This document shows positions 63,185-64,000 of a stretch of 64,000 nt of DNA, one piece after another. The notes beneath the pieces were generated by a model that made no database searches, was not told the DNA's origin, and was given only the letters and a program-made list of their open reading frames with translations. The DNA comes from Rhodosorus marinus CCMP1338 (taxonomy: Eukaryota; Plantae; Rhodophyta): the NCBI GenBank assembly GCA_029953675.1, contig JAMWBK010000003.1, positions 868,001 through 932,000 on the forward strand. Reading direction: 5' to 3'. Made by a program: the position numbers and the translations under genes. The first letter of the stretch is position 1. Every line of letters starts with the position of its first letter.

Positions 63185-63789
63185 TCACATAGCCCCGCTG
63201 TTTGGATCTCTGGCAAGCCTCCTCCGTCGTTTGTAGTAGTCATACATCCACGCTAGAATAGACAGATGTTGCGAAAGAACCGATGAGGTCAGTGAAAGCA
63301 TTTGTAAATGACTGTTAGCAACGGAAAGAGATCGTTTACCCAGCGATGCGGTCGGAATGAGGTCCGTCCCTGGGAGCATTTCCTCAGCGAAGCCCAGCAC
63401 TGCATAGAACACGGAACCTGAAACCACAAATAGTTCAATCCAAACCTTTTTGTATTCTGTTCGACAAGGTCGAGTGGGATGAAATTCCTATGCCTACCAT
63501 ACATTGCGTAAATAATCGAAGCAGAGAGAGGCGCCCACCACACTAGGAAGAATGAAGACGACCACATAAGAAAATATGGTATCAGAGCGGGGTGATTGCT
63601 CATATCCTGCTGCATGGGCTTACCGTCTGCCACCTCCCCAACAGCGGGGAAAAGGTAGGTAAAGCAGCCGACCAAGTCGACCAAAATGCTAAGAGCGAGC
63701 TTTACAGCTGGTGGCAACCGCCTAAACAGTCCGATGAGCCCAGCCCCGGAATCATCTGGCATCGAATACTGCGGCCTTCGCGATCCCAT
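63185..63789 (-). CDS. Small conserved membrane protein resembling a Bacteroidetes-type hypothetical family, 4 exons
   Basis: KLALSILVDLVGCFTYLFPAVGEVAD|VWWAPLSASIIYAMYG|SVFYAVLGFAEEMLPGTDLIPTASL|AWMYDYY. Confidence 0.72.
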
Positions 63790-64000
63790 ATCTTTTTTCT
63801 TAACAGAGATGAATCAAGCAAAGGTCGCATTTCAGAAGCTGATCCCCTGATCAATAATCCTCATCGGCTGACGGTCCTGACGTGGTCAGCATGCTCCATC
63901 CCTCACGTGACCTTGAATGACGTCACTCTTCTGTCACCGATGCTTTGCGTCGAACGTAGATTCTTGTCATCAGCTTGACAAATTCGACCATGTCCATCAA

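Noticed and set aside
1-64000. rRNA, tRNA, spliceosomal snRNA and CRISPR arrays
   Set aside because: No cloverleaf with D/T loops, no U1/U2/U5/U6 hallmark sequences and no repeat-spacer array seen by eye. An Infernal/tRNAscan run would be needed to exclude small RNAs.

Overview
Compact eukaryotic nuclear DNA, not prokaryotic. It holds about 30 protein-coding genes split by short (mostly 45-100 nt) GT-AG introns, often with CTAAC/CTGAC branch points, and separated by AT-rich spacers with strand-switching C-rich/G-rich flanks. A nuclear psbQ' with an MAF-type transit peptide and no ER signal points to a red alga (inference; probably a unicellular mesophile). Recognisable genes: BAH-domain protein, GTP-type PEP carboxykinase, EamA transporter, SLC35B1-type nucleotide-sugar transporter, TIM8, PsbQ', PITP, GRAM/VASt-like protein, RanGAP, a stand-alone ketoacyl synthase, a two-domain glycosyltransferase, ATP-PFK, RTF2, NDUFB9, a bacterial-type VOC protein, nicotinamidase, MED21, LtrA, EMC3 and a RING protein, plus orphans. 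No rRNA, tRNA, snRNA or CRISPR was recognised. Best leads: (1) a Golgi-type GT-A (beta-galactosyltransferase-like) plus fucosyltransferase-fold fusion, the domain pair expected for an alternating D-Gal/L-Gal glycan polymerase; (2) an intron-containing stand-alone KS resembling a bacterial megasynthase domain; (3) two distant paralogues of an unnamed thylakoid membrane protein; (4) several bacterial-type genes; (5) head-to-head copia gag relics forming an inverted repeat; (6) a higher-order minisatellite containing a perfect 17-bp hairpin. All family assignments come from motif recognition by eye; no database search was run. Gene coordinates include introns.
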